A program made the position numbers and the translations under genes. From Calditrichota bacterium (GTDB taxonomy: Bacteria > Caldisericota > Caldisericia > UBA6126), in the NCBI GenBank assembly GCA_036725105.1, contig DAIMET010000003.1, forward strand, positions 13,461 to 77,460: DNA of 64,000 bases, given 5' to 3'. The notes under the pieces were generated by a model. The model did no database searches and was not told where the DNA came from. It was given only the letters and a program-made list of their open reading frames with translations. This document shows positions 28,272-37,957 of this stretch, in pieces. Within the stretch, counting starts at the first letter, position 1, and the number at the start of each line of letters is the position of its first letter.

Positions 28272-28796
28272 TTATGTCACAGGTTGATTAATCTTTGGTA
28301 GTGCTATCGTAACAATCCATCCTGTGATAAAGCCACCAAAAAAACCAGAAATTATCAGTAATGGTAGATAGTATAGTAAATATTTATCAGGAATAAAAAA
28401 AAGAACAACCATTAATTGACCGATATTGTGTGCAATTGCTCCAACGATACTCATATGAATGATTTTTCTGGGGGATAATACTACAACAATATACATTCCA
28501 ATCAGGCTCAATACTATACCACCAAAAGTAATACATATCGTAATGGCATTAACAGAAGGTTCAAACAAACCTGATAAAATGCCTCTGGAAAGTGATAAAA
28601 AAACAGCATCACGAAAACTTAACAAATAAATACAGAACAAAACAACAATGTTGGAAATACCTGGCTTCAACAAATAGCCACCTATAGGAATCGAAATATA
28701 GAATTCTAAAAAGTGTAGAATTATGCCCATTCCAAGAAGTAATGAGAAAAAAGTGATTCTATGAACTGTAGTTCTTTGCATAAATATCAAACTCAC
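28272..28796 (-). CDS. Gx-transporter family membrane protein (heptaprenyl diphosphate synthase component I-like)
   Basis: A 5-6 TM protein with LEFYISIP...KPGISNIVVLF...LSRGILSGL. Its adjacency to apbE is typical of the family. Confidence 0.6.
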   Translation of the reverse strand: MSLIFMQRTTVHRITFFSLLLGMGIILHFLEFYISIPIGGYLLKPGISNIVVLFCIYLLSFRDAVFLSLSRGILSGLFEPSVNAITICITFGGIVLSLIGMYIVVVLSPRKIIHMSIVGAIAHNIGQLMVVLFFIPDKYLLYYLPLLIISGFFGGFITGWIVTIALPKINQPVT

Positions 28797-29769
28797 GAGA
28801 GAGAAGGTACAAATATATTGAAGATTGTGCTACGTATTGATTTTGTATACATTGATTAGGTTGGTGACCAACTAAAAAAAAGTAAGTGGATAAAAAATCT
28901 GATTCTAAACCACTCCAAGTAACGACTGTTGCAGAAGAAATTTCAGGTATCGCAGATCCAGTTTTTGGATGTATAATGTGGCAGTATGTTACTCCATCAT
29001 ATTGAAAAGACTGATGTTTTGATGAAGAAGTAGATACAAATCCTTTTTGAACCTGAATTCCTTTTTCAGTAGCCTTGCTGAAAGGATTTTCGATACCTAC
29101 ATATAGAGGATCTTTCGTTGAGATGCATAAATTACCACCAAAATCTACATAGTAGTACTCCATGTTGTTCAGAATAAAATACTCAGCAATTCTATCAAGA
29201 GTATACCCTTTTAATATCCCTGACAAATCAATATACATCCCTTTCTTTGGCAAATACACGGTCTTTTCAAGTGTATTTAATACAATTTTCCGATAATCCA
29301 CATATTGTATCGCGTTTTGAATCTTTTTCTTTGAGGGAACAGATGGTTGTGGGTCATGAAAGTGATACAAATCCATAAGAGGTCCCATTGTAATATCAAA
29401 GATGCCATCCGATTCCTGGCATAAACGATATGCCTGCTCAATTAAAAAAAAGGTTTCATCATCAACACAAATAGGCACATATCCAGCATTTTGTTTAATA
29501 CGATAAAGGTCAGAACCAATGGTGTAAACATTCATTTTTTTATCAATGTCTTGAACCATTTCCATGATGTTATTTATATGATGATCTGAATATTCATTAG
29601 AAGGTAGTTTGATAGATAAAAACGTGTTCATCGAAAAAAAAGTTCGTTCTGTCCAAGGAGAAATCTCAGGTGGATGACATGAAGAAAGTAAAACACTGAC
29701 TAAAACTACTACCGTGATAATGCATATGTGTCTGATATAAGGCATACGTCGTGGAATGGGATCAATCAT
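28759..29769 (-). CDS. apbE: FAD:protein FMN transferase ApbE (lipoprotein)
   Basis: The lipobox is LLSSC. FDITMGPLMDLY, DLSGILKGYTLD and VDFGGNL are ApbE blocks. An alternative start lies at 29745. Confidence 0.88.
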   Translation of the reverse strand: MIDPIPRRMPYIRHICIITVVVLVSVLLSSCHPPEISPWTERTFFSMNTFLSIKLPSNEYSDHHINNIMEMVQDIDKKMNVYTIGSDLYRIKQNAGYVPICVDDETFFLIEQAYRLCQESDGIFDITMGPLMDLYHFHDPQPSVPSKKKIQNAIQYVDYRKIVLNTLEKTVYLPKKGMYIDLSGILKGYTLDRIAEYFILNNMEYYYVDFGGNLCISTKDPLYVGIENPFSKATEKGIQVQKGFVSTSSSKHQSFQYDGVTYCHIIHPKTGSAIPEISSATVVTWSGLESDFLSTYFFLVGHQPNQCIQNQYVAQSSIYLYLLSREFDIYAKNYSS

Positions 29770-32566
29770 CCTTGGATTGAAATCGCTTTACAATGTCATG
29801 AACAGAATATACAGTGATCCCCTGCAGAATTTTAGGTAAACGATAGGAAGTGATATAAAATCGAATTCGCTTCTTTTTACACAAAGCAAATGCTCGTCCT
29901 GCTTCTTCAAAAGTGTCGCAAACATCAGACATTGTATTTGCTTTGGCGATATCATTGGAATTCAACTTGACTGTTTTTATGTGGGATACTACAGCAGGAT
30001 TTAGTTTTTTTGATGAAATAGATGATATAAAGCCTTTTGTGAAGTTTTGTAGATATCCTTCAATAAACAAACGGTTTGCAGCTCCAGGATCGAACACAAC
30101 CGAAGTGTAAAAAAGATTTTCAAAGTTTGAAACCATAGTTTCTTTGCTGTGTTTTTCTGAAACAGGTTCTTGGTAAATCTTTTGGATCATTTCCTTTTTA
30201 ACTGAGGAGGTTGAATGGTCATCATCTTCTTTACAGGTATCTGAGAGATTTTTTTTAAGAGTATTTTTAGAGGTGAGAACTTCATCTGGATGATTCTGAG
30301 TAACTGGATCAAGAGTAGAAGATGGTTTTACTTTTTCATCTGAAAGTGAATTGTCTTGTTTTTTTTGGTTTGTTCGGTGTATTTCACTAAAAATCTTTTC
30401 TTCGTCTAAGTGCAGGGAAGGAATCTCATTTTGGAAATCTATATTTTCTATAGTAGGTTCAGATATTCGTATGCCTTTACGATGTTTCTGTGGACTAGAG
30501 TTTGTTGTTGAGTTCAAAGATTCTTCCGTTTGTTCTTCTGGTTTACTTTTATCTTCTTTGCTTTCCTTTGGGTTAGGATTCAACCATTTTGGCTTGTGAG
30601 CAGGATCTAAGCGAATTCTTTTCTTGGTGGTTTCTTGTGTAGACTCTTCTGAAGGGTCTATTTCGTTTGATGTTGGAGGAGTGATTTCAGATTCTTGTTG
30701 TGATTTTTCACTTAAGTTAACCGTTGCATTAATTTGAGGAGTCTCAATGGAGTCATTTGCATGGGGATATTTTCGAACGGATTGTACAGAGGAAAAATCC
30801 TCTTCATCATTCATTTCAGTAGAATCTAAAGATTCAGGTGAGAGAGGAGAACAAGGGGGTATTATGGATTGTGATTCAACCAATGGCATACTAATGGGGT
30901 GTTTTTTTAATATCAATAACAAAGCTAGAATGAGGAAAAGTACGATTAATCCTCCAAAGAAAATGGTGAATATGAGAAGATCGGGATTAAAAATTTGATG
31001 AGAAAAAGATCTCCATCTATCAACAGAAAAGAACATACTATAGTGAAAGTTACCATCTGATGGATTTGCAAAAAGAGCACCTTCATTTGAAGGTGAAGTG
31101 TGAAATGAGTAAGTTAACTGAGAGTTCTCAATAGGGGGGACATAATAAAAAAGACCTTTATTTGTGTAATTGTGAAGTTGCAGACACAAAATCGAATTGT
31201 CAGAAGAAATGTTGATCTTTTCTAGTGGAACAGTTGAAAAATAGTTATAGATCGCATATTCATCCAAGGTTACATTTTGATCATTGGAAGGATCTAATGT
31301 TGATATTTCAACTTTCGTATGGGGATATTGACTGTAAAGCTCAATCAAGCTTTTTTGATCTTTTGAAAATTCTTTAGAAATTTTGGAGGATAACAGTGTA
31401 AACACTTTGTCTAAATATGCACCATAGCGGCCAGGAGAAAATTCACCACCAAAATTTTTGCCCGAAGAGAATGTAAGTACATAAAATGGTACGTTAGAAG
31501 AAGCGGTAAAATAGACATATTCTGGCAATGATGGAGTATAGCTTTGGATGAGGGAGACAAGGGTTGATTCTCCTGCATTTTGTAATGATATGGTCTCTTT
31601 TTTGTCTTTGTAAAGAAGTCGAATATCTGCATTATCAAAAGGAGAATAGAAAAGAAGATCGCCGAAGCAAAATCCATTTACATCAGCTGAGTTTCCCAGT
31701 ACATAGGAGAAATTTTCATTATCCAAATAGCCAAACTGTGCTGTAATAGGACTACTTGCAAGAATAGAGTAAGCTCCGGGTGGAAGATCATCAATAAAGA
31801 TACCTTGATTGGGTTGAATTGTAATATTTTTTACCTGAAGCTGGTCTTCGTCAAGAATTTTCACAATAGTATCTTTTTGATAGGAGGATAACCAAAGATG
31901 TCCAGGGTGGTAGAAAAAAAGATGATCTCCGAATAAAGTTGTTGTATCGCTATCCTCAGCTTCTTTGTTTGTAAGAGGATCTAGTGATAAAGAGCTAGCA
32001 TAAACAAATATAGGTTTTTTTGATTGAACAAGAATGTTCGTTGGATTCAACGATGTATAAGTGTACATTTTTCCTTTTTGGAGAACAAAAGTCTCGAGTA
32101 GTTTCTTGTTGTCAGTAAGTACTTCGATGTGGTTTTCATCTTCGCAAGAAATGATGTAAGCGTTTTCGTAGTTTACGAAATGATGCAATGTACCAGCTTC
32201 AGTAGAGATAGGAATTATGGATGGAACAGAATCTTTACGTTCTCGAATTTGAAAAACTTTCGTTTCTTCACTTTTTAAAGGAGTGTTGAGGAGCAATATG
32301 TTTTCCTGAGAGGATATACTTACACTGCTTTGTATGGAGGAACTGCTTGCGTCAGCTCCTTCTTCAATAAATTGATAACTACCATTTGGAGGTTTTTCAA
32401 GCGGTATACGGATCTGGGCTCGAGAATACGATGTTGCACTATTGTTTTTTATAGTTAAATATTGTGGTTTTGCTCCATATACAAAAAAAATGGGTAAAAC
32501 AAATAAAACCATAAATATGGAAAGGACGAAATTTCGTACCCTTCTGAAAAATTTATTGTTATTCAT
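29762..32566 (-). CDS. Orphan 934-aa bitopic membrane protein (large ectodomain, TM segment, disordered cytoplasmic linker, small alpha/beta C-terminal domain)
   Basis: This is an intact ORF overlapping the rnfB stop and the apbE start by 8 nt each. It has a signal/anchor at aa 12-31, a TM segment at aa 529-553 (nt 30908-30982), a S/E/K/P/T-rich linker at aa ~556-812, and a C-terminal globular region of about 120 aa. I recognise no family. Confidence 0.75.
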   Translation of the reverse strand: MNNNKFFRRVRNFVLSIFMVLFVLPIFFVYGAKPQYLTIKNNSATSYSRAQIRIPLEKPPNGSYQFIEEGADASSSSIQSSVSISSQENILLLNTPLKSEETKVFQIRERKDSVPSIIPISTEAGTLHHFVNYENAYIISCEDENHIEVLTDNKKLLETFVLQKGKMYTYTSLNPTNILVQSKKPIFVYASSLSLDPLTNKEAEDSDTTTLFGDHLFFYHPGHLWLSSYQKDTIVKILDEDQLQVKNITIQPNQGIFIDDLPPGAYSILASSPITAQFGYLDNENFSYVLGNSADVNGFCFGDLLFYSPFDNADIRLLYKDKKETISLQNAGESTLVSLIQSYTPSLPEYVYFTASSNVPFYVLTFSSGKNFGGEFSPGRYGAYLDKVFTLLSSKISKEFSKDQKSLIELYSQYPHTKVEISTLDPSNDQNVTLDEYAIYNYFSTVPLEKINISSDNSILCLQLHNYTNKGLFYYVPPIENSQLTYSFHTSPSNEGALFANPSDGNFHYSMFFSVDRWRSFSHQIFNPDLLIFTIFFGGLIVLFLILALLLILKKHPISMPLVESQSIIPPCSPLSPESLDSTEMNDEEDFSSVQSVRKYPHANDSIETPQINATVNLSEKSQQESEITPPTSNEIDPSEESTQETTKKRIRLDPAHKPKWLNPNPKESKEDKSKPEEQTEESLNSTTNSSPQKHRKGIRISEPTIENIDFQNEIPSLHLDEEKIFSEIHRTNQKKQDNSLSDEKVKPSSTLDPVTQNHPDEVLTSKNTLKKNLSDTCKEDDDHSTSSVKKEMIQKIYQEPVSEKHSKETMVSNFENLFYTSVVFDPGAANRLFIEGYLQNFTKGFISSISSKKLNPAVVSHIKTVKLNSNDIAKANTMSDVCDTFEEAGRAFALCKKKRIRFYITSYRLPKILQGITVYSVHDIVKRFQSKDD

Positions 32567-33383
32567 CTTTCTCCGTTAAAGCTTGGCGCAAGGATAAGGA
32601 ATGTACTGGACATATTGTAACACAAATTCCACAAAGATCACATTTTTCAATATCGATTACAGGCAGATTGTTCTTAAAAGTTATAGCTTTTTGTGGACAT
32701 TTTTTCACACACAAACCACAAGATATACAACCTACTTTACATGCTTTACGAACAAGAGAACCTGTATCCCTGTTGCTACATAAGCACAATACTCTCTTAG
32801 TGTCAGAAAACAGACGCATAATATCTCGAGGGCATTTGTCTACACAGATTCCGCAACCTGTGCATATTGTAGTATTCACTATAGGTAAACCATTTTTACC
32901 CATAGTGATAGCACCAAAAGGACAAGCTTTTGCGCAATCACCATAGCCTAGGCATCCGAAATTACAAGCCCGATCGGATAATCGTAAATAATGGGCCATA
33001 CGACAAGAACTTGCACCTCTAGCATCTGCATTAACAAGTGCTTCATCTATACCACCCTTGCATAATACTACCGCTACATATCGAGTTTGAGTCTCTTTTT
33101 GGGAGACTCCCATAATATTCGCTAAGGTATCGATGGTTTCTTGGCCACCAGCTACACAGCCATTTATGGGTGCATCTCCCCTAGCTACTGCTTCAGCAAA
33201 AGAACCACAACCCGAATAACCGCAAGCGCCACAATTTGCCTGAGGAAGTGCCTCTTTTATTTTTTCTACAAGAGGGTTTTCTTTAACATGGAATACATTA
33301 GAGAAAACTCCTAACATCCAACCAAACAAAAGACCAAGAGATAATAAAATTACAACAGATGAAACTACGATGATCCAGTTCAT
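32559..33383 (-). CDS. rnfB: Rnf complex subunit B (polyferredoxin)
   Basis: An N-terminal TM segment, the CGACGYSGC cluster and multiple CxxCxxCxxxCP motifs are present. Confidence 0.93.
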   Translation of the reverse strand: MNWIIVVSSVVILLSLGLLFGWMLGVFSNVFHVKENPLVEKIKEALPQANCGACGYSGCGSFAEAVARGDAPINGCVAGGQETIDTLANIMGVSQKETQTRYVAVVLCKGGIDEALVNADARGASSCRMAHYLRLSDRACNFGCLGYGDCAKACPFGAITMGKNGLPIVNTTICTGCGICVDKCPRDIMRLFSDTKRVLCLCSNRDTGSLVRKACKVGCISCGLCVKKCPQKAITFKNNLPVIDIEKCDLCGICVTICPVHSLSLRQALTEKDE

Positions 33384-33959
33384 TTAACCACCTAATCCTT
33401 GCAAACCCATAAAGGCGATAGCAATAAAAGAAGCTGCTATAAATACAATTGGTGCTCCTTTAAAAAATGCTGGTATATTCGAATCTCCCATACGAATTCT
33501 GACTGCAGTCATTAGGACCATCGCTAGCGTAAAACCTACGGAAGACCCAAAGGCAAAAAAGATTGTTTCCAGTAGGGAGTAACCTTCTTGAATGTTAATC
33601 AATGTTACACCAAGAATCATGCAATTTGTTGTAATAAGGGGTAAATAAATTCCCATTACTTTGTACAAGTTTGGGATCATTTTTTTAAGATAAATCTCTA
33701 CTAACTGAACAAAGACTGCTATGGTTAAAATAAAAGCAATCGTTTGCAGGTATTCCACACCGAAGGGAATTAAAACAAAATAGTAAACAAAATAACTTAC
33801 AACAGAAGCCATTACCGTAACAAACGTAACTGCTCCTCCCATACCTATTGAAGAATCCATGTCATTGGTAAGTCCAAAAAATGGACACAATCCTAAAAAG
33901 CGCATAAAAATAAAATTTTGAGAAAAAATGGTTTGAATTAAGATATTGACAAGGCTCAT
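33384..33959 (-). CDS. rnfA: Rnf complex subunit A
   Basis: A 191-aa 6-TM protein with FLGLCPF and PLITTNC blocks. Confidence 0.93.
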   Translation of the reverse strand: MSLVNILIQTIFSQNFIFMRFLGLCPFFGLTNDMDSSIGMGGAVTFVTVMASVVSYFVYYFVLIPFGVEYLQTIAFILTIAVFVQLVEIYLKKMIPNLYKVMGIYLPLITTNCMILGVTLINIQEGYSLLETIFFAFGSSVGFTLAMVLMTAVRIRMGDSNIPAFFKGAPIVFIAASFIAIAFMGLQGLGG

Positions 33960-34573
33960 CTTGCAACTCCTTTTCTAGAAGCTTTTTTTGTGATGTGGTT
34001 CATGATTCCAATCTCAATACCAATCACTAAAAAGGCTCCCGGAGGGAGAATAAACATTAATGCAGGTTCGTAACTGGAACCTAGAATTGGAAAACCAAGA
34101 ATTGTCCCATTTCCGAGAATTTCTCGAACGATGGCGATACACACAATGGCAATGCCGTATCCTAAACTGATTCCCAATCCATCAAGGATTGATTCGAATA
34201 CAGGCTTTTTGGAAGCAAACGATTCAATTCTCCCAATAATGATGCAATTGACTACAATAAGGGGAATGAAAATTCCCAAAGCCTTGTTAAGAGAGGGTAG
34301 ATATGCTTGTAACAAAAATTGTAAAATTGTAACAAAACTTGCGATTACAACGATAAAAATAGGAATACGTAAGCTCTTGGGAATCCATTTCCGAAGAATC
34401 GAGATTGTAATTTCCGACAGAATTGTAACAAAAGTGAAGGCTAAAGTCATGCCTAGAGCATTTACAACAGATACTGAAACAGCCAATACACTACACAAAC
34501 CTAGCATTAAAACAAAAACAGGATTTTCTTTGATAAGGCCTTTTGTTAAAAGATTTTTAAAGTTAGATTTCAT
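33956..34573 (-). CDS. rnfE: Rnf complex subunit E
   Basis: A paralogue of RnfA with LGLCS and PLIVVNCIIIGR blocks. Confidence 0.93.
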   Translation of the reverse strand: MKSNFKNLLTKGLIKENPVFVLMLGLCSVLAVSVSVVNALGMTLAFTFVTILSEITISILRKWIPKSLRIPIFIVVIASFVTILQFLLQAYLPSLNKALGIFIPLIVVNCIIIGRIESFASKKPVFESILDGLGISLGYGIAIVCIAIVREILGNGTILGFPILGSSYEPALMFILPPGAFLVIGIEIGIMNHITKKASRKGVAR

Positions 34574-35168
34574 TATTTAGCTCCGATATATGCTCTACTA
34601 CAAAAGACACACTCTTTTTTATTCCCTCTGAAAGAGCTTTTGAGGTAATTGTGGAAGCAGTAATTGGTGTAACATCCTGTTTTACAACAAAGCAATCAGC
34701 TATAGGTTTGCCTTGAAATTGATCTAAGAAGGATGACTTAGCTACATTTGCTCCTAAACCGGGTGTTTCAGAGTGTTCAACGATAGAAACAGAATGTATG
34801 GTTTCATCGGGATTGAGTCCATAGATAAACAGTATAGGGCCACCATACCCAAGAGATGATCCTTTGACAAGGTATCCTAAAAAAGTTTCATCGATAGAAA
34901 AACCTTTATATATGCAGTCTATTGAGATACAGCTATCGATCATTTGATTGTGGAAGACTGGAGCATCTTGTTCGTTGGTGCATAATTCAAAGGAGGTTGC
35001 ATCTGGATAGATACTTTTCATGCTTTCTTCGGTGGCTTTCTTTTGTTGATATTGAATTTGCGGAAGGGTTACTGAATAGGTCATGCTAAGAGCTAAACCA
35101 GCAACAATACAATAGGTCGATAAGACTAGTCCTAGTTTAATAATTTGTTTTGCAGGATTTTGTTTCAT
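34563..35168 (-). CDS. rnfG: Rnf complex subunit G (FMN-binding)
   Basis: An N-terminal TM segment, ETPGLG, and the flavinylation-site region ITASTITS (an SGATxTS-like motif with the Thr conserved) are present. Confidence 0.9.
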   Translation of the reverse strand: MKQNPAKQIIKLGLVLSTYCIVAGLALSMTYSVTLPQIQYQQKKATEESMKSIYPDATSFELCTNEQDAPVFHNQMIDSCISIDCIYKGFSIDETFLGYLVKGSSLGYGGPILFIYGLNPDETIHSVSIVEHSETPGLGANVAKSSFLDQFQGKPIADCFVVKQDVTPITASTITSKALSEGIKKSVSFVVEHISELNNEI

Positions 35169-36118
35169 GAGGATTTCTCCTTAACATAGCCAATGGGGTG
35201 TTTAATGCGATTATCTAATAGGGGAGTGATAACATTCATGAGTAATATGGCAAATGTTGTACCTTCAGGCATGTTGGCAAAGAAACGAATCAGAACGTTT
35301 AAGAAACCGCACCCAAACCCATAGATAATTTTACTGGAAGGGAGCATGGGAGAGGTAACATAGTCCGTTGCCATAAAAAAGGCACCGAACATGACACCAC
35401 CACTAAGTATTGAAAATATCGGATCCATACCAAAAAGCCAAGAGAAAACAAACACTGTAGCAACGTATATTGTGGGGATATACCATTGGATGGTTTTGGA
35501 AACTAATAAAACAATAAGCCCGATCAGAAGTCCTGGAATAAAAACTTCACCGATACATCCTCCACGTATTCCCAACAACATCGTTTGATACATAGCTGGG
35601 AGAGAACCCTGAAAAATGGACATTACACCCTCCATACCATTTTCTGCAAAAACAGCCAGGGGGGTAGATGTTGTAACGGTATCAAAAGGTTTTAACCATG
35701 AAGTCATATGGGCAGGAAACGATAATACTAAGAATGCACGACCTATCAATGCAGGATTGAAGGGATTGTGTCCCAAACCACCAAATACCTGCTTTGAAAA
35801 GATAGCAAAAAAACTACCGATTGCAGGAAGCCAAAGCGGAATGCCTGGAGGGCAACAAAGGGCAAGCAAAAAACCAGTAACTAAAGCACTACCATCAAGA
35901 TAGGTTAAAGGAATGCGTAAAATCTTTTGTAAAATTGCTTCACTTACAATTGCAGAAACAATTGAAACTAGAATAAGCGGGAGTGTATTGAGCCAGCCAA
36001 ATATTACTATTCCACCTATCGTTGCTGGTATTAAAGAAATGCTGACCGTATTCATTAAAAAAACTGTGTTGATTTTCGAGCGTATATGGGGTGATGCAGT
36101 GATTACATAATTCTTCAT
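35165..36118 (-). CDS. rnfD: Rnf complex subunit D
   Basis: A polytopic protein with SPHIRS at the N-terminus and a TTSTPL flavinylation-like site. I chose the ATG at 36118, which forms an ATGA overlap with the rnfC stop. Confidence 0.92.
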   Translation of the reverse strand: MKNYVITASPHIRSKINTVFLMNTVSISLIPATIGGIVIFGWLNTLPLILVSIVSAIVSEAILQKILRIPLTYLDGSALVTGFLLALCCPPGIPLWLPAIGSFFAIFSKQVFGGLGHNPFNPALIGRAFLVLSFPAHMTSWLKPFDTVTTSTPLAVFAENGMEGVMSIFQGSLPAMYQTMLLGIRGGCIGEVFIPGLLIGLIVLLVSKTIQWYIPTIYVATVFVFSWLFGMDPIFSILSGGVMFGAFFMATDYVTSPMLPSSKIIYGFGCGFLNVLIRFFANMPEGTTFAILLMNVITPLLDNRIKHPIGYVKEKSS

Positions 36119-37443
36119 TGTCCACTCCTTTTTCGTTTTATCTCCTGTTTTGTGACGCGAATGTAGTTTAGTATAGGTATTCTTGCAGGACAGTTGTATG
36201 TGCACAGACCACATTCAATGCAAGAAGAAACGTAATAACGATTGGCTTGAAAATGGTTGTTTCTCTTAGCAAGCTCAACAAAACGATAAGGCATAAGACC
36301 ACTAGGACAATTCTGAATGCATCGTCCACACCGAATACACGAAGATTCATTTAAAGGCTCTAATTTACTAAGGAAGATGATTCCGGATGTTCCTTTCAAT
36401 ATGGGCACATCTTGTGATCGTTGATTAATACCCATCATAGGACCACCAAATACAAGTTCTTTCGGCTCTTCAATAAAACCACCACAAAACTCAATAATAT
36501 CAGATAAAAGAGTACCAATGGGTGCACGAATATTTTTGGGGTCTTTCAGACAATCTCCACTAGCTGTAAAAACACGATGAATAAGAGGCGTATTGTGTCG
36601 ATATGCGTTGGAAATTGCAATCAATGTACCTACATTTTGAACGATACAACCAACTGCAAAAGGAAGTTTTCCCACAGGTACAATTCTTTTGGTAAGGGCG
36701 TTGATTAAACTTTTTTCAGCTCCTTGAGGGTATTTCTTCTCTAATGGTACTACCCGAATCCTTGGTTCGATAGGATGTTCTTTTATGTATGACAGAAGAT
36801 GTTCGATTGCATCCATTTTATTGGATTCTATTCCAATAATGATTTCTTTAAAGTGGAGATAAGACTGTACAATCTGTATGCCATCAAACAGTTCTTTTGT
36901 GTTCTCTAACATGAGTCGATGATCACAAGTTAGGTAAGGTTCGCACTCTGCACCGTTTATAATGTATGTGTCAACAGAAGCATCAGGAGGTGGATTAAGT
37001 TTTAAATGAGTGGGAAAAGTAGCACCACCCATACCAACAATACCGCAATCCTGGATAAATGAAACAAATGACCCAAGATCGTTGTTTTGTTCAAAAACCG
37101 GTGGTTCTGGAGTTGGTAGCGGAGTATATTGAAAATCATTCTCGATATGAATAGCAGTTCCTAATCCAGTGATGGGGTGAGGGTATTCTTTGATATCTTT
37201 GACAATTCCAGATACGGAGGCATGAATGTTTGAAGAAAAATCACCCTGTGCTTTCGCAATCAGTTGGCCAACAAGTACTTGTTGATCTTTTTCTACAATT
37301 GGTTCAGCAGGGATACCAACATGCTGTGAAAGTGGGAATAATAAGTCTTTTCCGGGGTTCATGTCAATGATAGTTAAATCTTTTGTTTGATCTTTATGAT
37401 CGGGAACATGCATTCCACCGGGATGAAATGTTTTAGTTTTCAT
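36115..37443 (-). CDS. rnfC: Rnf complex subunit C (NADH/FMN-binding, 2x[4Fe-4S])
   Basis: GMGGATFPTH, INGAECEPYLTCD, CIRCGRCIQNCP and CIECGLCTYNCP are present. Confidence 0.95.
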   Translation of the reverse strand: MKTKTFHPGGMHVPDHKDQTKDLTIIDMNPGKDLLFPLSQHVGIPAEPIVEKDQQVLVGQLIAKAQGDFSSNIHASVSGIVKDIKEYPHPITGLGTAIHIENDFQYTPLPTPEPPVFEQNNDLGSFVSFIQDCGIVGMGGATFPTHLKLNPPPDASVDTYIINGAECEPYLTCDHRLMLENTKELFDGIQIVQSYLHFKEIIIGIESNKMDAIEHLLSYIKEHPIEPRIRVVPLEKKYPQGAEKSLINALTKRIVPVGKLPFAVGCIVQNVGTLIAISNAYRHNTPLIHRVFTASGDCLKDPKNIRAPIGTLLSDIIEFCGGFIEEPKELVFGGPMMGINQRSQDVPILKGTSGIIFLSKLEPLNESSCIRCGRCIQNCPSGLMPYRFVELAKRNNHFQANRYYVSSCIECGLCTYNCPARIPILNYIRVTKQEIKRKRSGQ

Positions 37444-37948
37444 GTTTGTTAATATCCCTTTCTTTGTGTTCGCAATATGGACATACTGTCCAGCTTATCT
37501 CGATCAATTTCTTACAGTGAGGACATTCTTTTCGGAGCTTTGTAAAGCAATTTGGACAAATGGTGTACTCTTTCTCTATAGGTAGTCCGCAAACAGGGCA
37601 AATATTCCCGGCTTTACTTAACTCGTATTCATAGTACTTTTTTGTCAAATCACGGAGTCTTTGATCGGTTTCAATGGTGGAAATCTCGTCTTGAGTGAAT
37701 TCAGGTCGAATGATGAGATACACAACCCATAGAAAAATAGAAACTAAAAGCCAATTCGTATTTCTTGTACTATCAAAGATTTTTACCAGAAAAGGCCCAA
37801 ATGTAATTCCTAGAACAATACATGGAATAATCCATTTGTTTTGATACCTACGAAAAGAATCGAAAACAATCCAGAGTGTAATTACTATGGCTACTGCTAC
37901 AATGAGAAACTCAAGATAGTTCATCCACGTACCTGTATTAAAAGACAT
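37433..37948 (-). CDS. Membrane protein with a PLDc_N-like N-terminal TM domain and a C-terminal double zinc ribbon
   Basis: Three predicted TM segments are present. The C-terminus reads CPVCG...CPNC...CPHC...CPYC. It overlaps the rnfC start by 11 nt. Confidence 0.6.
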   Translation of the reverse strand: MSFNTGTWMNYLEFLIVAVAIVITLWIVFDSFRRYQNKWIIPCIVLGITFGPFLVKIFDSTRNTNWLLVSIFLWVVYLIIRPEFTQDEISTIETDQRLRDLTKKYYEYELSKAGNICPVCGLPIEKEYTICPNCFTKLRKECPHCKKLIEISWTVCPYCEHKERDINKHEN

Positions 37949-37957
37949 AGTACCCCC

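Noticed and set aside
34131-34580. 149-aa plus-strand ORF
   Set aside because: It lies entirely antisense to rnfE/rnfG. Its composition (Ile/Lys/Thr-rich, no ribosome-binding site) is what the reverse complement of a hydrophobic membrane gene produces. It is a shadow ORF.
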